Source: a virus
Length of the DNA stretch: 64,000 bases
Direction: 5' to 3' (one strand)
IMG/VR virus record: IMGVR_UViG_3300035390_000009
Coordinates: 6,318-70,317 of that record
This document shows, one piece after another, positions 10,390 through 19,894 of the stretch. Position 1 is the stretch's first letter. Every line of letters begins with the position of its first letter. The position numbers were made by a program, and so were the translations under genes. The notes under the pieces are model-generated. The model made no database searches and had not been told where the DNA came from. It saw only the letters and a program-made list of their open reading frames with translations.

Positions 10390-11776
10390 TAAAATAATGT
10401 TTATATCAGTTAACAATGGCACTATAAGTACTGTAAGACATGGGGGAACGTATTATATTAAACAACATTTAAAAAATAATGGTATTGAAAGTTCATGTGT
10501 AGATTATTTCTATTCTATGGCAAATAGATTCAAAGATAAAAATTATACAACATACGTAGCTGAGATGGCTGATATGCCTAGTTTTGTTAAACTTCTAACT
10601 AACTATAAAAAAGGAAAAGATAATTTATTAGATGGGTTAGATGAATTAACCGGGATACAAGAAGAAATTATTAGTCAAATAAATAAGAATTTTAAAAAAA
10701 TAAAAATTACTAATAAATCTATAGTAGGATTTTCAATTAATTATTTAAACTTTTTTGTATGTTCTTATTATGCTTTATTAATTAAAAAAGAATACCCCGA
10801 CATAACAATTGTTTTTGGAGGGTATCAAATGACATTAAGTGAAAAGTCTAGAAAATTTGTCATTGGTACTAAAATAGCAGATTATGTTGTTACAGGTGAT
10901 GGGTGCACACCAATGTTAGATATTATAAATGGTAAGTGTTTACAACCAGAAATTCATGGAGAGTTTCTTGATGATTGTCCATGGCCAGAATATTCTAAAT
11001 TTAATATTAGATTATCTAGTAATACAGTATCATTATATACTTCAATAGGATGTCCAAATAATTGTAGTTTTTGTGCTAGTAAAAGAAAATATAAACTATA
11101 TGATTTAAATAAACTTAAAATATACTTAGATAAAATGCATAAGCTCGGTATAAAGAAAATAGAATTTTGTGATGATAATTTAAATGCTACACTTAAAAGA
11201 GGCCATGATGTCTCAACATTAATGGAAAATTATAAGTTACCCAAAGGATGGAATTTTTTTGGGCATGTAACTAATATTGATACTGATTTGGCAAATCATT
11301 TAAAATATTCTGGTTGTTGTAGTATATTTTTAGGAACAGAAGGATTCACTAATACTGTTACTAAATTAATGCACAAAAATCAAACTGTAGAGCAATCATT
11401 AAATGCAATTGACCTAGTAGCTAGTAGGAAAATTGTAGTTGGGTCAGGTTTAATAATTGGAATGCCTGGCGATACAGAAGAAAGTGTAAATTATCTTGTT
11501 AAAATGTGTGAAAACTTAAAAAATAAATATGGGGAATTTTATAACATAATTCCAACAATTTATAAATGTTACCCTGGATCTGAAATATATAATTACCCAG
11601 AAAGATTTGGAATAACATTAAGTTATTGGGATAAAATTTATGCTGATGAACTTCCTGAAGTTGCAGATTTAATTTTATCTATACCAAAAACATTTAATGT
11701 AGATAAACTTAGTAGAGAATATGCAATTAAAATTTTAAATATGATAAGAAAAAGATGGCCAACTAAAGGAATTTAA
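10382..11776 (+). CDS. Cobalamin-binding radical SAM enzyme (class B methyltransferase-like)
   Basis: N-terminal B12-binding-like region (IVGFSI, IVFGGYQMT, VVTGDG), GCPNNCSFC, FCDDNL, IIGMPGDT. Confidence 0.88.
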   Translation: MYDKIMFISVNNGTISTVRHGGTYYIKQHLKNNGIESSCVDYFYSMANRFKDKNYTTYVAEMADMPSFVKLLTNYKKGKDNLLDGLDELTGIQEEIISQINKNFKKIKITNKSIVGFSINYLNFFVCSYYALLIKKEYPDITIVFGGYQMTLSEKSRKFVIGTKIADYVVTGDGCTPMLDIINGKCLQPEIHGEFLDDCPWPEYSKFNIRLSSNTVSLYTSIGCPNNCSFCASKRKYKLYDLNKLKIYLDKMHKLGIKKIEFCDDNLNATLKRGHDVSTLMENYKLPKGWNFFGHVTNIDTDLANHLKYSGCCSIFLGTEGFTNTVTKLMHKNQTVEQSLNAIDLVASRKIVVGSGLIIGMPGDTEESVNYLVKMCENLKNKYGEFYNIIPTIYKCYPGSEIYNYPERFGITLSYWDKIYADELPEVADLILSIPKTFNVDKLSREYAIKILNMIRKRWPTKGI

Positions 11777-11919
11777 TTTAAATAATTTAGATGAAACAAA
11801 ATATATCTGAAATTTATACTAATAAAATAATATTATTAAAAGTTAAAAATATATTAAAAGGTATATATTAAAAGAAACTATCATAATATAAAATTGGTTG
11901 TTTAATCTAGTAAAAATAT

Positions 11920-11935
11920 TAGAACATATATTAAA
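11920..11935 (+). promoter_or_regulatory. Candidate phage promoter, motif A (TAGAACATATATTAAA)
   Basis: One of about nine intergenic copies, each upstream of a + strand gene. Confidence 0.6.
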
Positions 11936-11972
11936 TACTATTTACTTTTTATAAGATTTTGGGAGTCAGCAT

Positions 11973-12266
11973 ATGTCACACATTTCACACAAAAAAGCTC
12001 AGTTGTTTTTAGAAGGTTTACACAGCAATGTAACTAGTCAAACATTTGAAATGTTACAAGGTTTAATTGAGGTGCTCGAATCTAAAAACGACCCGGATCC
12101 CGCTGAAATTAGATTGGTAGATAGTATCTATAGTTTTGTAGAAAAATTGAATATTTTAGAAAGTAACATTTCTAATTATTCAAAAAAGAATAGTGAGGAT
12201 GCTGGATCAAAGTTAAATTCTTTGTATGAAAATATTTCTTACAATGGTAGTATATATAGGGATTAA
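11973..12266 (+). CDS. Hypothetical protein
   Basis: GGGAG SD, follows motif A. Confidence 0.75.
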   Translation: MSHISHKKAQLFLEGLHSNVTSQTFEMLQGLIEVLESKNDPDPAEIRLVDSIYSFVEKLNILESNISNYSKKNSEDAGSKLNSLYENISYNGSIYRD

Positions 12267-12269
12267 ATT

Positions 12270-13310
12270 ATGAAAACAATACATATAAAACAAAAAGGGT
12301 TTCTTGTACAAGTTGGAAATAAAGTTGTTAGAACTCCTTTGATTATTAAATGTGATCCAGAACAAGAAGCTTTGATATTACAAGAAATTGAAAAATATAA
12401 TATTGTATATTATGAAATTGATGAAGGTGTTGCAAAAATGCCTAAATTAATTGTACCAACAAAATCTACTGCATCATCAAAAAAGGTTTCAGGTACTTTA
12501 TTAAAAAAGTATATTTTAAATTATAAGAAAGATAACGAAGATCTAAAAGATCATAAACCGTTAAAACTTTCAACACCATTGTTAGAAAAAATTCAGGCAA
12601 CTACTAATGTGATAGATTATACCTTAGAAATGAGTGAAGTTAAAAACCAGGGAAGTCTTGGTTCATGTGTTGGATTTGCTGTTGTTTCAATGAAAGAATG
12701 GCAGGAACAACAAGAGCACCTAGAAGAATTAGAAGAAGGTAAATCTTATAAGAGAGCTAAAAAACATTACGACTTGTCTGAGCAATGGTTATATTATAAA
12801 TGTAAAGAAATAGATTATTGGCCAGGTGAAGAAGGAACCTCAATTAGATTTGCTATGAAAATATTAAATCAAGTTGGAGTCCCATGTGAAAAAGCATGGC
12901 CATATAATGCTAGTTATGTAGGAAAACCAAAACGATGGGCAAATTTAGTTTCTAAATGGGCCCTTGGTGGAGAGTATATTAGATTAGAAACTCCAGAAGA
13001 TATAATTAATTCTCTTGGGACTAATGGACCTTTACCAATTGGTGTTGGAGTATTTTTGGAAATGTTTTATACCACAAGTAATGGTATTGTTGCATATCCA
13101 AATGATCCTGATACTTGTTATGGAGGTCATGCTATTTGTTTAGTAGGATGGAATCCTAAAACCCAAATGTTTAAATTCAAAAATTCTTGGGGAATTAGTT
13201 GGGGAGAAAATGGTTATGGGTATTTACCATATAATTATATTAAAGATTTCTGCTGGGACTCATGGGAAATTAAAGACCTTAGTGTGACCAAGGAAATGTT
13301 AAAGGGGTAA
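12270..13310 (+). CDS. Papain-family (C1) cysteine protease with N-terminal extension
   Basis: NQGSLGSCVGFA (catalytic Cys), DLSEQ, GGHAI (His), KNSWG..WGENGYG (Asn). Confidence 0.92.
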   Translation: MKTIHIKQKGFLVQVGNKVVRTPLIIKCDPEQEALILQEIEKYNIVYYEIDEGVAKMPKLIVPTKSTASSKKVSGTLLKKYILNYKKDNEDLKDHKPLKLSTPLLEKIQATTNVIDYTLEMSEVKNQGSLGSCVGFAVVSMKEWQEQQEHLEELEEGKSYKRAKKHYDLSEQWLYYKCKEIDYWPGEEGTSIRFAMKILNQVGVPCEKAWPYNASYVGKPKRWANLVSKWALGGEYIRLETPEDIINSLGTNGPLPIGVGVFLEMFYTTSNGIVAYPNDPDTCYGGHAICLVGWNPKTQMFKFKNSWGISWGENGYGYLPYNYIKDFCWDSWEIKDLSVTKEMLKG

Positions 13311-13311
13311 A

Positions 13312-13704
13312 ATGATTATATGGTTAACTGGCAACAGTGGTTCAGGAAAAACTACTGTTGCTTATACTATAAAAAATATTTTTTTTAATTGGATAGTATT
13401 AGATGGTGATGAAATGAGACATTCTATTTCAAGAGATTTAGGATTATCAAAAAACGACCGAATAAAAAATAATATTATAATTGCTAGATTAGCTAATATT
13501 TTACATAAACAAGGTTTCAATATAATTATATCATCTATTGCTCCATTTCAATGCGGTAGAGAATTGGTAAATAAAATAATTAATTGTATTTGGATATATA
13601 TAGAAGGAGGAAAAACCGGATATAAATATCCATATGAAATACCTGATTGTATAAGATTTAATTCTATACAACAATTGCAAGATATTATTAAGGAGAATTT
13701 ATGA
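13312..13704 (+). CDS. cysC: Adenylylsulfate (APS) kinase-like, compact
   Basis: IWLTGNSGSGKTT P-loop, LDGDEMR..I..DLGLS..DR..N, ISSIAP..R; shorter than typical CysC. Confidence 0.8.
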   Translation: MIIWLTGNSGSGKTTVAYTIKNIFFNWIVLDGDEMRHSISRDLGLSKNDRIKNNIIIARLANILHKQGFNIIISSIAPFQCGRELVNKIINCIWIYIEGGKTGYKYPYEIPDCIRFNSIQQLQDIIKENL

Positions 13705-14192
13705 TGTTAAGAAACTTAAATGCTAAATTACCTATGGCACCAAATTTTAGATATAAAGAATTTATCAGATCTGCTACTGCATTAAGATTAGGCATCAGAA
13801 ATGTTCCCAGTGAATCAGAATGGCAGTCTATTGAAAGAGTAGCAGGTAATATTATACAACCGGTTAGAGATCAATTTGGTCCTATTAGAATTACATCTGG
13901 TTATCGAAGTGTTGAATTATGTTTAAAAGTTGGAAGCTCTCCAAGATCAAATCATGTTAGGGGAGAGGCAGTTGATTTTGAACCTGTTAGTTCAAAAATT
14001 AAATTGATAGATATTGTTAAATGGATACATATGAATTTAGAATATAGAGAATTAATAGCCGAATATTTTCCTGATGGATGGATTCATGTTGCTTATCGTT
14101 TACATAAAAATGTTAGAAAATTAAAACTAAAAGATTCTCAGCATAGTTACTCAGTTGTTTCTATGCCATATATTTTAAATATTTACGGGTAA
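13701..14192 (+). CDS. Peptidase M15 (zinc D-Ala-D-Ala peptidase-like), probable endolysin
   Basis: F...EF..S.TA, ITSGYRS, SNH..GEAVD, WIHV motifs. Confidence 0.85.
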   Translation: MMLRNLNAKLPMAPNFRYKEFIRSATALRLGIRNVPSESEWQSIERVAGNIIQPVRDQFGPIRITSGYRSVELCLKVGSSPRSNHVRGEAVDFEPVSSKIKLIDIVKWIHMNLEYRELIAEYFPDGWIHVAYRLHKNVRKLKLKDSQHSYSVVSMPYILNIYG

Positions 14193-14209
14193 ATCAAAGG
14201 ACTTATATC

Positions 14210-14632
14210 ATGGGAGAAATTCTAAGCAAAGAAGATGTATTCTTAATGATGAAATCTTATGAGAACAATGTTAAATATAATACTCAACTTTATGATAGAC
14301 AAGAAGTATTAGTTAAAGAACAATCGAAAGTAATTGATAATTTAAAGATTATTACAATAGAACAACAAAAAGTTAATTCACAATTAGAAATATTAATTAA
14401 AACTATAACAGATAACAACATACTGTGCAACTCAGGTGTTTCAGATATTAGTAAATCAATAATGGATAGTCATATTAATAATGTAAAAGAACACGGTAGA
14501 TTAAAATATCATTTGATAGGGATTTCTGGTGGTCTCATGGTAGTTATTATTGCTCTTATTACTGCCCTAGAAAAAATTTGGTCTAAAAGCGACATTATTG
14601 ATGCCGTCGCAAAATATATAGGGCTATCATAA
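14210..14632 (+). CDS. Coiled-coil protein with C-terminal TM helix (holin-like candidate)
   Basis: Hydrophobic LIGISGGLMVVIIALITAL near the C-terminus; directly after the M15 peptidase. Confidence 0.5.
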   Translation: MGEILSKEDVFLMMKSYENNVKYNTQLYDRQEVLVKEQSKVIDNLKIITIEQQKVNSQLEILIKTITDNNILCNSGVSDISKSIMDSHINNVKEHGRLKYHLIGISGGLMVVIIALITALEKIWSKSDIIDAVAKYIGLS

Positions 14633-14667
14633 CTATTAAGCGAAAATTTATTTATAGGAGTAATAAG

Positions 14668-15546
14668 ATGAGTAATGACCCTACTAAACAAATAATTTTT
14701 ATAATTGACGATGATAAAAATATAACAAAATTGTTAGATGAATATATTAATAAAAAACTATCTGATATTAATGTTTATACATTTAACACATGTGCTAGTA
14801 TGCTTGATCATCCATTAATTAAGGAATGTAGTTTATTTATTATTGATATTGAGTTAGATGCTAATGCAAAGGGTAATGAAGTCGCTAACGAATTATTTAA
14901 AAATAAATTTAATAAGCCTTATTTATTTATGTCTGGAAAAACATATGATTTTGAATGCTTTCAACAATATGATTATACATATGATTTTATTAAAAAACCT
15001 TTAGACTTAAATAAATTGATGAACAGAATATCAGTTTTATTAAAGGTTAGTGATACTTATAGATTGCATGAAATGGAAGAAAAAAAATTAAAATTTAGTT
15101 TGAAAGAAGTATTTGATTATACAAATATTTATATGGTTATTTTAGATGATAAAATGAATATTAAAACTTGTAGTTTTAAATTAGCTAAAGACCTAGAATA
15201 TAATAATTATAAAGATATTATTGGAATGTCATGGACTGAATTTATAAGAAAAGAAGATCTTAAAAATATAGAAATAGTTCACACTAATATAGTTCAGGAT
15301 ACAGAAAAATATCAAAAATCCTTGAGAGAACTTACCAGCACATTATTAACAAAATCAGGAAAAACAATTTCAGTTAAATGGTTTAATTCAAGAATAAAAA
15401 ATGGACATGTTTCAACATTTAGTATTGGCATTCCATATAATAGAAAAGTAACTGTTGACGATGAAGTTGATTCTATTAGAGCATATTGGAAACATGTTCT
15501 TGACAAAGATGAAACCACTTTAAGAGCTTTAAAAACTTTATCATAA
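14668..15546 (+). CDS. Response-regulator receiver domain fused to a PAS-like domain
   Basis: IFIIDDD, FIIDIEL (phospho-acceptor Asp), FMSG, DFIKKP; then MVILD...C...A..L.Y....DIIGMSWTEFI...D PAS pattern. Confidence 0.82.
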   Translation: MSNDPTKQIIFIIDDDKNITKLLDEYINKKLSDINVYTFNTCASMLDHPLIKECSLFIIDIELDANAKGNEVANELFKNKFNKPYLFMSGKTYDFECFQQYDYTYDFIKKPLDLNKLMNRISVLLKVSDTYRLHEMEEKKLKFSLKEVFDYTNIYMVILDDKMNIKTCSFKLAKDLEYNNYKDIIGMSWTEFIRKEDLKNIEIVHTNIVQDTEKYQKSLRELTSTLLTKSGKTISVKWFNSRIKNGHVSTFSIGIPYNRKVTVDDEVDSIRAYWKHVLDKDETTLRALKTLS

Positions 15547-15556
15547 AGGATAATAA

Positions 15557-16009
15557 ATGTTACGAGATATTATAAGACCTGGTACTCCTTTAATACAAAA
15601 TGTTGATGGGATTCTTATGTTTGAAGATAGTACCCGAAATAAGGTTTTAAGTGTTACTAGAGAAAATTTATCTTTTGGAATTGATCACAGAAACATATCT
15701 GGTAAAAGATGGTTAAAAACTTCGGGTAATGTTGTATCATCATTGGTAGGATATAAAATTCCGAGAGATGCAACAATAACCTCTATAACAATAGAAACAC
15801 AAAATATAGTAACTGATGCTAGATTCAATATAAGAAAAAATAATTCAATATCAAATATACATACTACTAATCTACTATTAGAATCTGAAATAATAGAAGA
15901 TAACTTAAACTATAATATAAACAAAGGTGATTATTTACAATTGTATCTATGGGTTGTATCTGGAAATGTTGATTATCCAGTAGTAACTGTAGAACTAGCT
16001 TGGAGATAA
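15557..16009 (+). CDS. Putative structural protein; stand-alone copy of the C-terminal domain of 16032
   Basis: DSTRNKVLSV..FG...ATITSI...GDYLQ...PVVTVELAWR matches DATRSKWLSV..FG...ATIVSI...GDYIQ...PMVVIEIAWR. Confidence 0.6.
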   Translation: MLRDIIRPGTPLIQNVDGILMFEDSTRNKVLSVTRENLSFGIDHRNISGKRWLKTSGNVVSSLVGYKIPRDATITSITIETQNIVTDARFNIRKNNSISNIHTTNLLLESEIIEDNLNYNINKGDYLQLYLWVVSGNVDYPVVTVELAWR

Positions 16010-16031
16010 TCTATAATTAGGAGATATAAAT

Positions 16032-17477
16032 ATGTCTGTAATGTGGGATGTAATAATTAATAATAATTCTGGGTCAATCGTAACAGTAGAAGATTTAGGA
16101 ATTGAACTTTCTAATGGAGATACTGTAAATTTTAGTCAACAATTTGATTTTGAAGAAATTGCAGGATCTGATGATCTTAGAAGTTTAGTATCTTCAGCAG
16201 ATTTGAGAGTACAAGATCCTTATGATCTCCCAAACTACTGTAGTCCAGCTAATGGAGTTTTATTTCTTAGATTAGATCATCTTTATAATCTAAAGAAAAA
16301 TCATTATACTATTGATGATTTAGAAACAGCTAATAGTGGAGTTGCAATTGACTGGACTAACATCACTAATGCACCTTCTTTTGGTTCCGTTAACTGGAGT
16401 GCTCCAATTATTGCAAGAGTAACAGCTATTGGTTCTGGTAAACCAGCTGCTCCTGTAATTGGTGATATGTGTGTTGATACAGATGATAGCCCAGATAAGC
16501 TATATAAATATAATGGGACTGCTTGGGTAGATCTTGGTGTAGTTCCAGATGCAGGAAGAGTAATTGATTTATCATCAGCAACTGAAAATGTTAAATATTT
16601 TACTGCTGCTGGCGAAACATGGACTGATAATGGCGAGGCACCTGATAATACTGCGGCAATGGTTAATGACGATGGTGATGGTAATCCAGCTCAGTATATT
16701 TATGAAACTACTGCTGATGTATGGATGAAAATTGCTGATGTTGATTTTGCATCACATTTTGATGGTGGTTCTAGTAAACATGATGCATCTGAAATTGATG
16801 TGGAAAATACTTATACTAATATACCTGGAACGCCAACTGATCTAGAAACAACTGTTGGAGCTATTGATACACTTTTAGGAACTATTAGCAGTGCTGTAGA
16901 TGATACTACTTTAGATGGTGCTTATGATCAAGGTGGTGCTGGTGCTGGTAGACTTATAAATGCTACTGATGGTACAGTTAAAATTGATAGAGGTGCTGCT
17001 ACATCTGGATCATTTGAAATTGTTCCAAAATCTAACTTGCCTACTACTGGTCTTTCTGATGGTCAGATTGATATTAAAGATGGTATTCTTTGTATCTATG
17101 ATGCAACTAGATCTAAATGGTTATCAGTCCAGAGACAATTCTTAGTATTTGGTAGAAAAGTTACTACTAGGAATCAGTATCTTGGTTTCTTTGGTTCAAG
17201 ACTTGTTTCTAATAGTTCTGGCCTTAGATTAGCAAGAGCAGCTACTATTGTTTCTATTGCTGGTCAATTAGATGCATCAGGAACATGTACTTTTAATATA
17301 AGAAGAAATGATGTTGCAACTAATGTAGAAAGTTTAACTGTTAGCGCATCTGTTGGTAATGAAGACATTTCTAAAAACACTGATCTAAACGGTGGTGATT
17401 ATATTCAATGTCAATTAGGAGCAACCGTAGCAGTAGAAGACCCAATGGTTGTTATAGAGATCGCCTGGAGATTATAA
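16032..17477 (+). CDS. Putative virion fibre/structural protein
   Basis: Acidic, Gly/Ala/Thr-rich; LYKYNGTAWVDLG fibre-type motif; N-domain shared with 17481 and C-domain shared with 15557. Confidence 0.6.
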   Translation: MSVMWDVIINNNSGSIVTVEDLGIELSNGDTVNFSQQFDFEEIAGSDDLRSLVSSADLRVQDPYDLPNYCSPANGVLFLRLDHLYNLKKNHYTIDDLETANSGVAIDWTNITNAPSFGSVNWSAPIIARVTAIGSGKPAAPVIGDMCVDTDDSPDKLYKYNGTAWVDLGVVPDAGRVIDLSSATENVKYFTAAGETWTDNGEAPDNTAAMVNDDGDGNPAQYIYETTADVWMKIADVDFASHFDGGSSKHDASEIDVENTYTNIPGTPTDLETTVGAIDTLLGTISSAVDDTTLDGAYDQGGAGAGRLINATDGTVKIDRGAATSGSFEIVPKSNLPTTGLSDGQIDIKDGILCIYDATRSKWLSVQRQFLVFGRKVTTRNQYLGFFGSRLVSNSSGLRLARAATIVSIAGQLDASGTCTFNIRRNDVATNVESLTVSASVGNEDISKNTDLNGGDYIQCQLGATVAVEDPMVVIEIAWRL

Positions 17478-17480
17478 TAA

Positions 17481-19559
17481 ATGGCAATAGTAATTGTTAA
17501 AAATACTACAGGGTTGTCTATTTTTATAGACGACCTTGGTATTAGTGTAGATGGTTCTGGACAATTAAATCTATCAGAGTTGTTTGATTTTGAAGATATA
17601 AGCGGCTCTGATGATTTAAAAATTCTTGTTGAGAATGGATCGCTGACAGTAAATGATGATACAATTGATTTATCTATACAAGATGGTTTAAATCATATAT
17701 ATCATCAAACTGTTTATGAAGATTCATTTGAAGACGGTGGTGGTGTTTCTCTATTAGCTAAGCAATTACATAGTGTACAAATAAGAAGAACCACAGATTT
17801 GTCTTTATCCACATCATGGCAGGATATTTATTTTGATACTACTGATATTGAAAATAATAATGAGATTATAGAACATAGTAATATAGATAAAGACAGAATA
17901 TTAATTAAAGATTCTGGATATTATTTAATTCATTATTCTTTTCAAGCAAGATCTTTTGATGCAACCAGAAATTGTTTATCAAGAATAAGAGTTAATGATT
18001 CTACAACAATAGAAGGTAGTTCTATTTTACAAAATTTATATAGAAGTGAAACACATCAACAAGTATCAACAATTGTTAAATATTTATCCAATGGTGATTT
18101 TATATCATTACAAATTTCAGCAGGTTCAACTCCAATTGAAACATATTCTGATTATATATTTGTTGCTATTAAGTTAGAAGGTATTCGTGGAGCACAAGGT
18201 GAACAAGGAATACCTGGTAGTGTATTAGGAGTTTTAGAATTACCGGCAATACAGATAAGAAAAACAACTAATATTACTGAGATACCTTTATCTTGGACTA
18301 ATATAACTTTTGACACAACTGACTTTGAACCAACTCCTACTAAAATAGAACATAACAATATAAATACAGATAGAATTGAAATAAAAGAGAATGGAAATTA
18401 TTTTATAACTTATTCTTGTGAGATTGATGATGAATCATATACAAGATTAAGAATTAATAATTCCCAAACAATTTCTGGTAGTGAAGAGCATGTAGGAAGT
18501 GATGATTCAGCTGGTATGTTTCCAGTAAGTTTGCATCAATCTTGCATTACTTATCTAAACTCTGGAGATTTTATAACATTTCAAATGTATGCATCATCTA
18601 ATTCTGAAGAAGTTTATGCTCCAATAGTTATAACAGTTCATAAATTAGATGGAATTAAAGGAGATACTGGTATTCAAGGTATTCAAGGTATTCAAGGTAT
18701 TCAAGGACCTCCAGGCGAAGCTTCTAGTATTACTTCTTCTGGTGATTTAGACGAAGCTAAAGTTACTGACATTGAAAATAATTCCGGAGCATCACCTACT
18801 GAATTATATTTCTATTTAGTACAGCTTGATTCAAGATCAAATCAATCTTCTCCAATAGGTATTAGTGGAGATATGTCAACTCATGTAGTATTATATGATG
18901 GAACCAGTTGGTCTGATATTGGAGCATTTGTAGGTATTAAAGGAGATACCGGAAGCACTGGTCTTACTGGTCTTCCTGGAGAAGATGGGGTCGACGGAAA
19001 CTCAGTAAAAATTCAATCTAATAATTCTGATATAATGACCAATGTAGCAACTATTAATTTTGAAGGTGATATTTCTGTTACTACAGATCCAGGATCTAAA
19101 GTTAATGTAAATATAGGTTCAACTAAAATATGTCAGGTATATGATAGTTATGGTGGAACTAGTATCAATAATTCTACTCCAGTTGCATTACCATTTAATC
19201 AACAAATGATAAAAGATAGTATATATACTCATTATACTTCATATTATAATACTAGAATATATGTTAATTTATCAGGTTATTATAAAATTACATATTCTAT
19301 TTCTTGGGATGCAAATGAGAAAAGAAATATTCATAGTTATATTAGAAAAGACGGAACAACAAAAGTAATATTATCAGATTCATATGGTGATACAGGCGAT
19401 AAAGCAAATGGCTTTGAAACTACTAATGCTACATTTATTTCTCCATTAACAAATGGTACTTATATTGAATTAATGTCAGAACGAGTTGGAAAGAGTGGTG
19501 ATGTATACGCATTAGCAAATCAAAGTTGGATCATACTTGAATATATTAGAGAGGTTTAA
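17481..19559 (+). CDS. Collagen-like fibre protein with three C1q/BclA-like beta domains
   Basis: GXY runs (GAQGEQGIPG, GDTGIQGIQGIQGIQGPPG, GDTGSTGLTGLPGEDGVDG); three repeats of I.FD..D.......H....DRI.I...G.Y.I.YS. Confidence 0.7.
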   Translation: MAIVIVKNTTGLSIFIDDLGISVDGSGQLNLSELFDFEDISGSDDLKILVENGSLTVNDDTIDLSIQDGLNHIYHQTVYEDSFEDGGGVSLLAKQLHSVQIRRTTDLSLSTSWQDIYFDTTDIENNNEIIEHSNIDKDRILIKDSGYYLIHYSFQARSFDATRNCLSRIRVNDSTTIEGSSILQNLYRSETHQQVSTIVKYLSNGDFISLQISAGSTPIETYSDYIFVAIKLEGIRGAQGEQGIPGSVLGVLELPAIQIRKTTNITEIPLSWTNITFDTTDFEPTPTKIEHNNINTDRIEIKENGNYFITYSCEIDDESYTRLRINNSQTISGSEEHVGSDDSAGMFPVSLHQSCITYLNSGDFITFQMYASSNSEEVYAPIVITVHKLDGIKGDTGIQGIQGIQGIQGPPGEASSITSSGDLDEAKVTDIENNSGASPTELYFYLVQLDSRSNQSSPIGISGDMSTHVVLYDGTSWSDIGAFVGIKGDTGSTGLTGLPGEDGVDGNSVKIQSNNSDIMTNVATINFEGDISVTTDPGSKVNVNIGSTKICQVYDSYGGTSINNSTPVALPFNQQMIKDSIYTHYTSYYNTRIYVNLSGYYKITYSISWDANEKRNIHSYIRKDGTTKVILSDSYGDTGDKANGFETTNATFISPLTNGTYIELMSERVGKSGDVYALANQSWIILEYIREV
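18669..18704 (+). repeat. (GGTATTCAA)x4 encoding collagen GIQ repeats
   Basis: Perfect 9-bp tandem repeat read directly from the sequence. Confidence 0.95.
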
Positions 19560-19561
19560 TT

Positions 19562-19894
19562 ATGGGATTACAAAAACAAATAGAACTTGAAAGTGGAGTT
19601 ATATTACCAGAAGCTTATGCTAAAGTATCCACATTTTATTTTTATAATACTTCAAGCGATAATAGTTATGTGAATATAGAAGTTAATATTTTTAAAGATA
19701 AAGCAGCCAGAGATTCTGGAAAACCAGAAGTTGCTAAATTTATTCATAAGTGTAATGATCCAAATTTCACTGAATACTTTTCATTATCTGTATTAAATGG
19801 TATAGATGTAAATATGATTTCTCAGGCATATGAATGGATGAAGACAATGAGCATATATTCTGGCTCCATTGACATAGTAGATAGTAAGGAGTAA
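19562..19894 (+). CDS. Small putative tail-associated protein
   Basis: Follows the fibre gene; MGLQKQIELESGVILPEAYAKV resembles small proteins often seen beside phage fibres. Confidence 0.5.
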   Translation: MGLQKQIELESGVILPEAYAKVSTFYFYNTSSDNSYVNIEVNIFKDKAARDSGKPEVAKFIHKCNDPNFTEYFSLSVLNGIDVNMISQAYEWMKTMSIYSGSIDIVDSKE

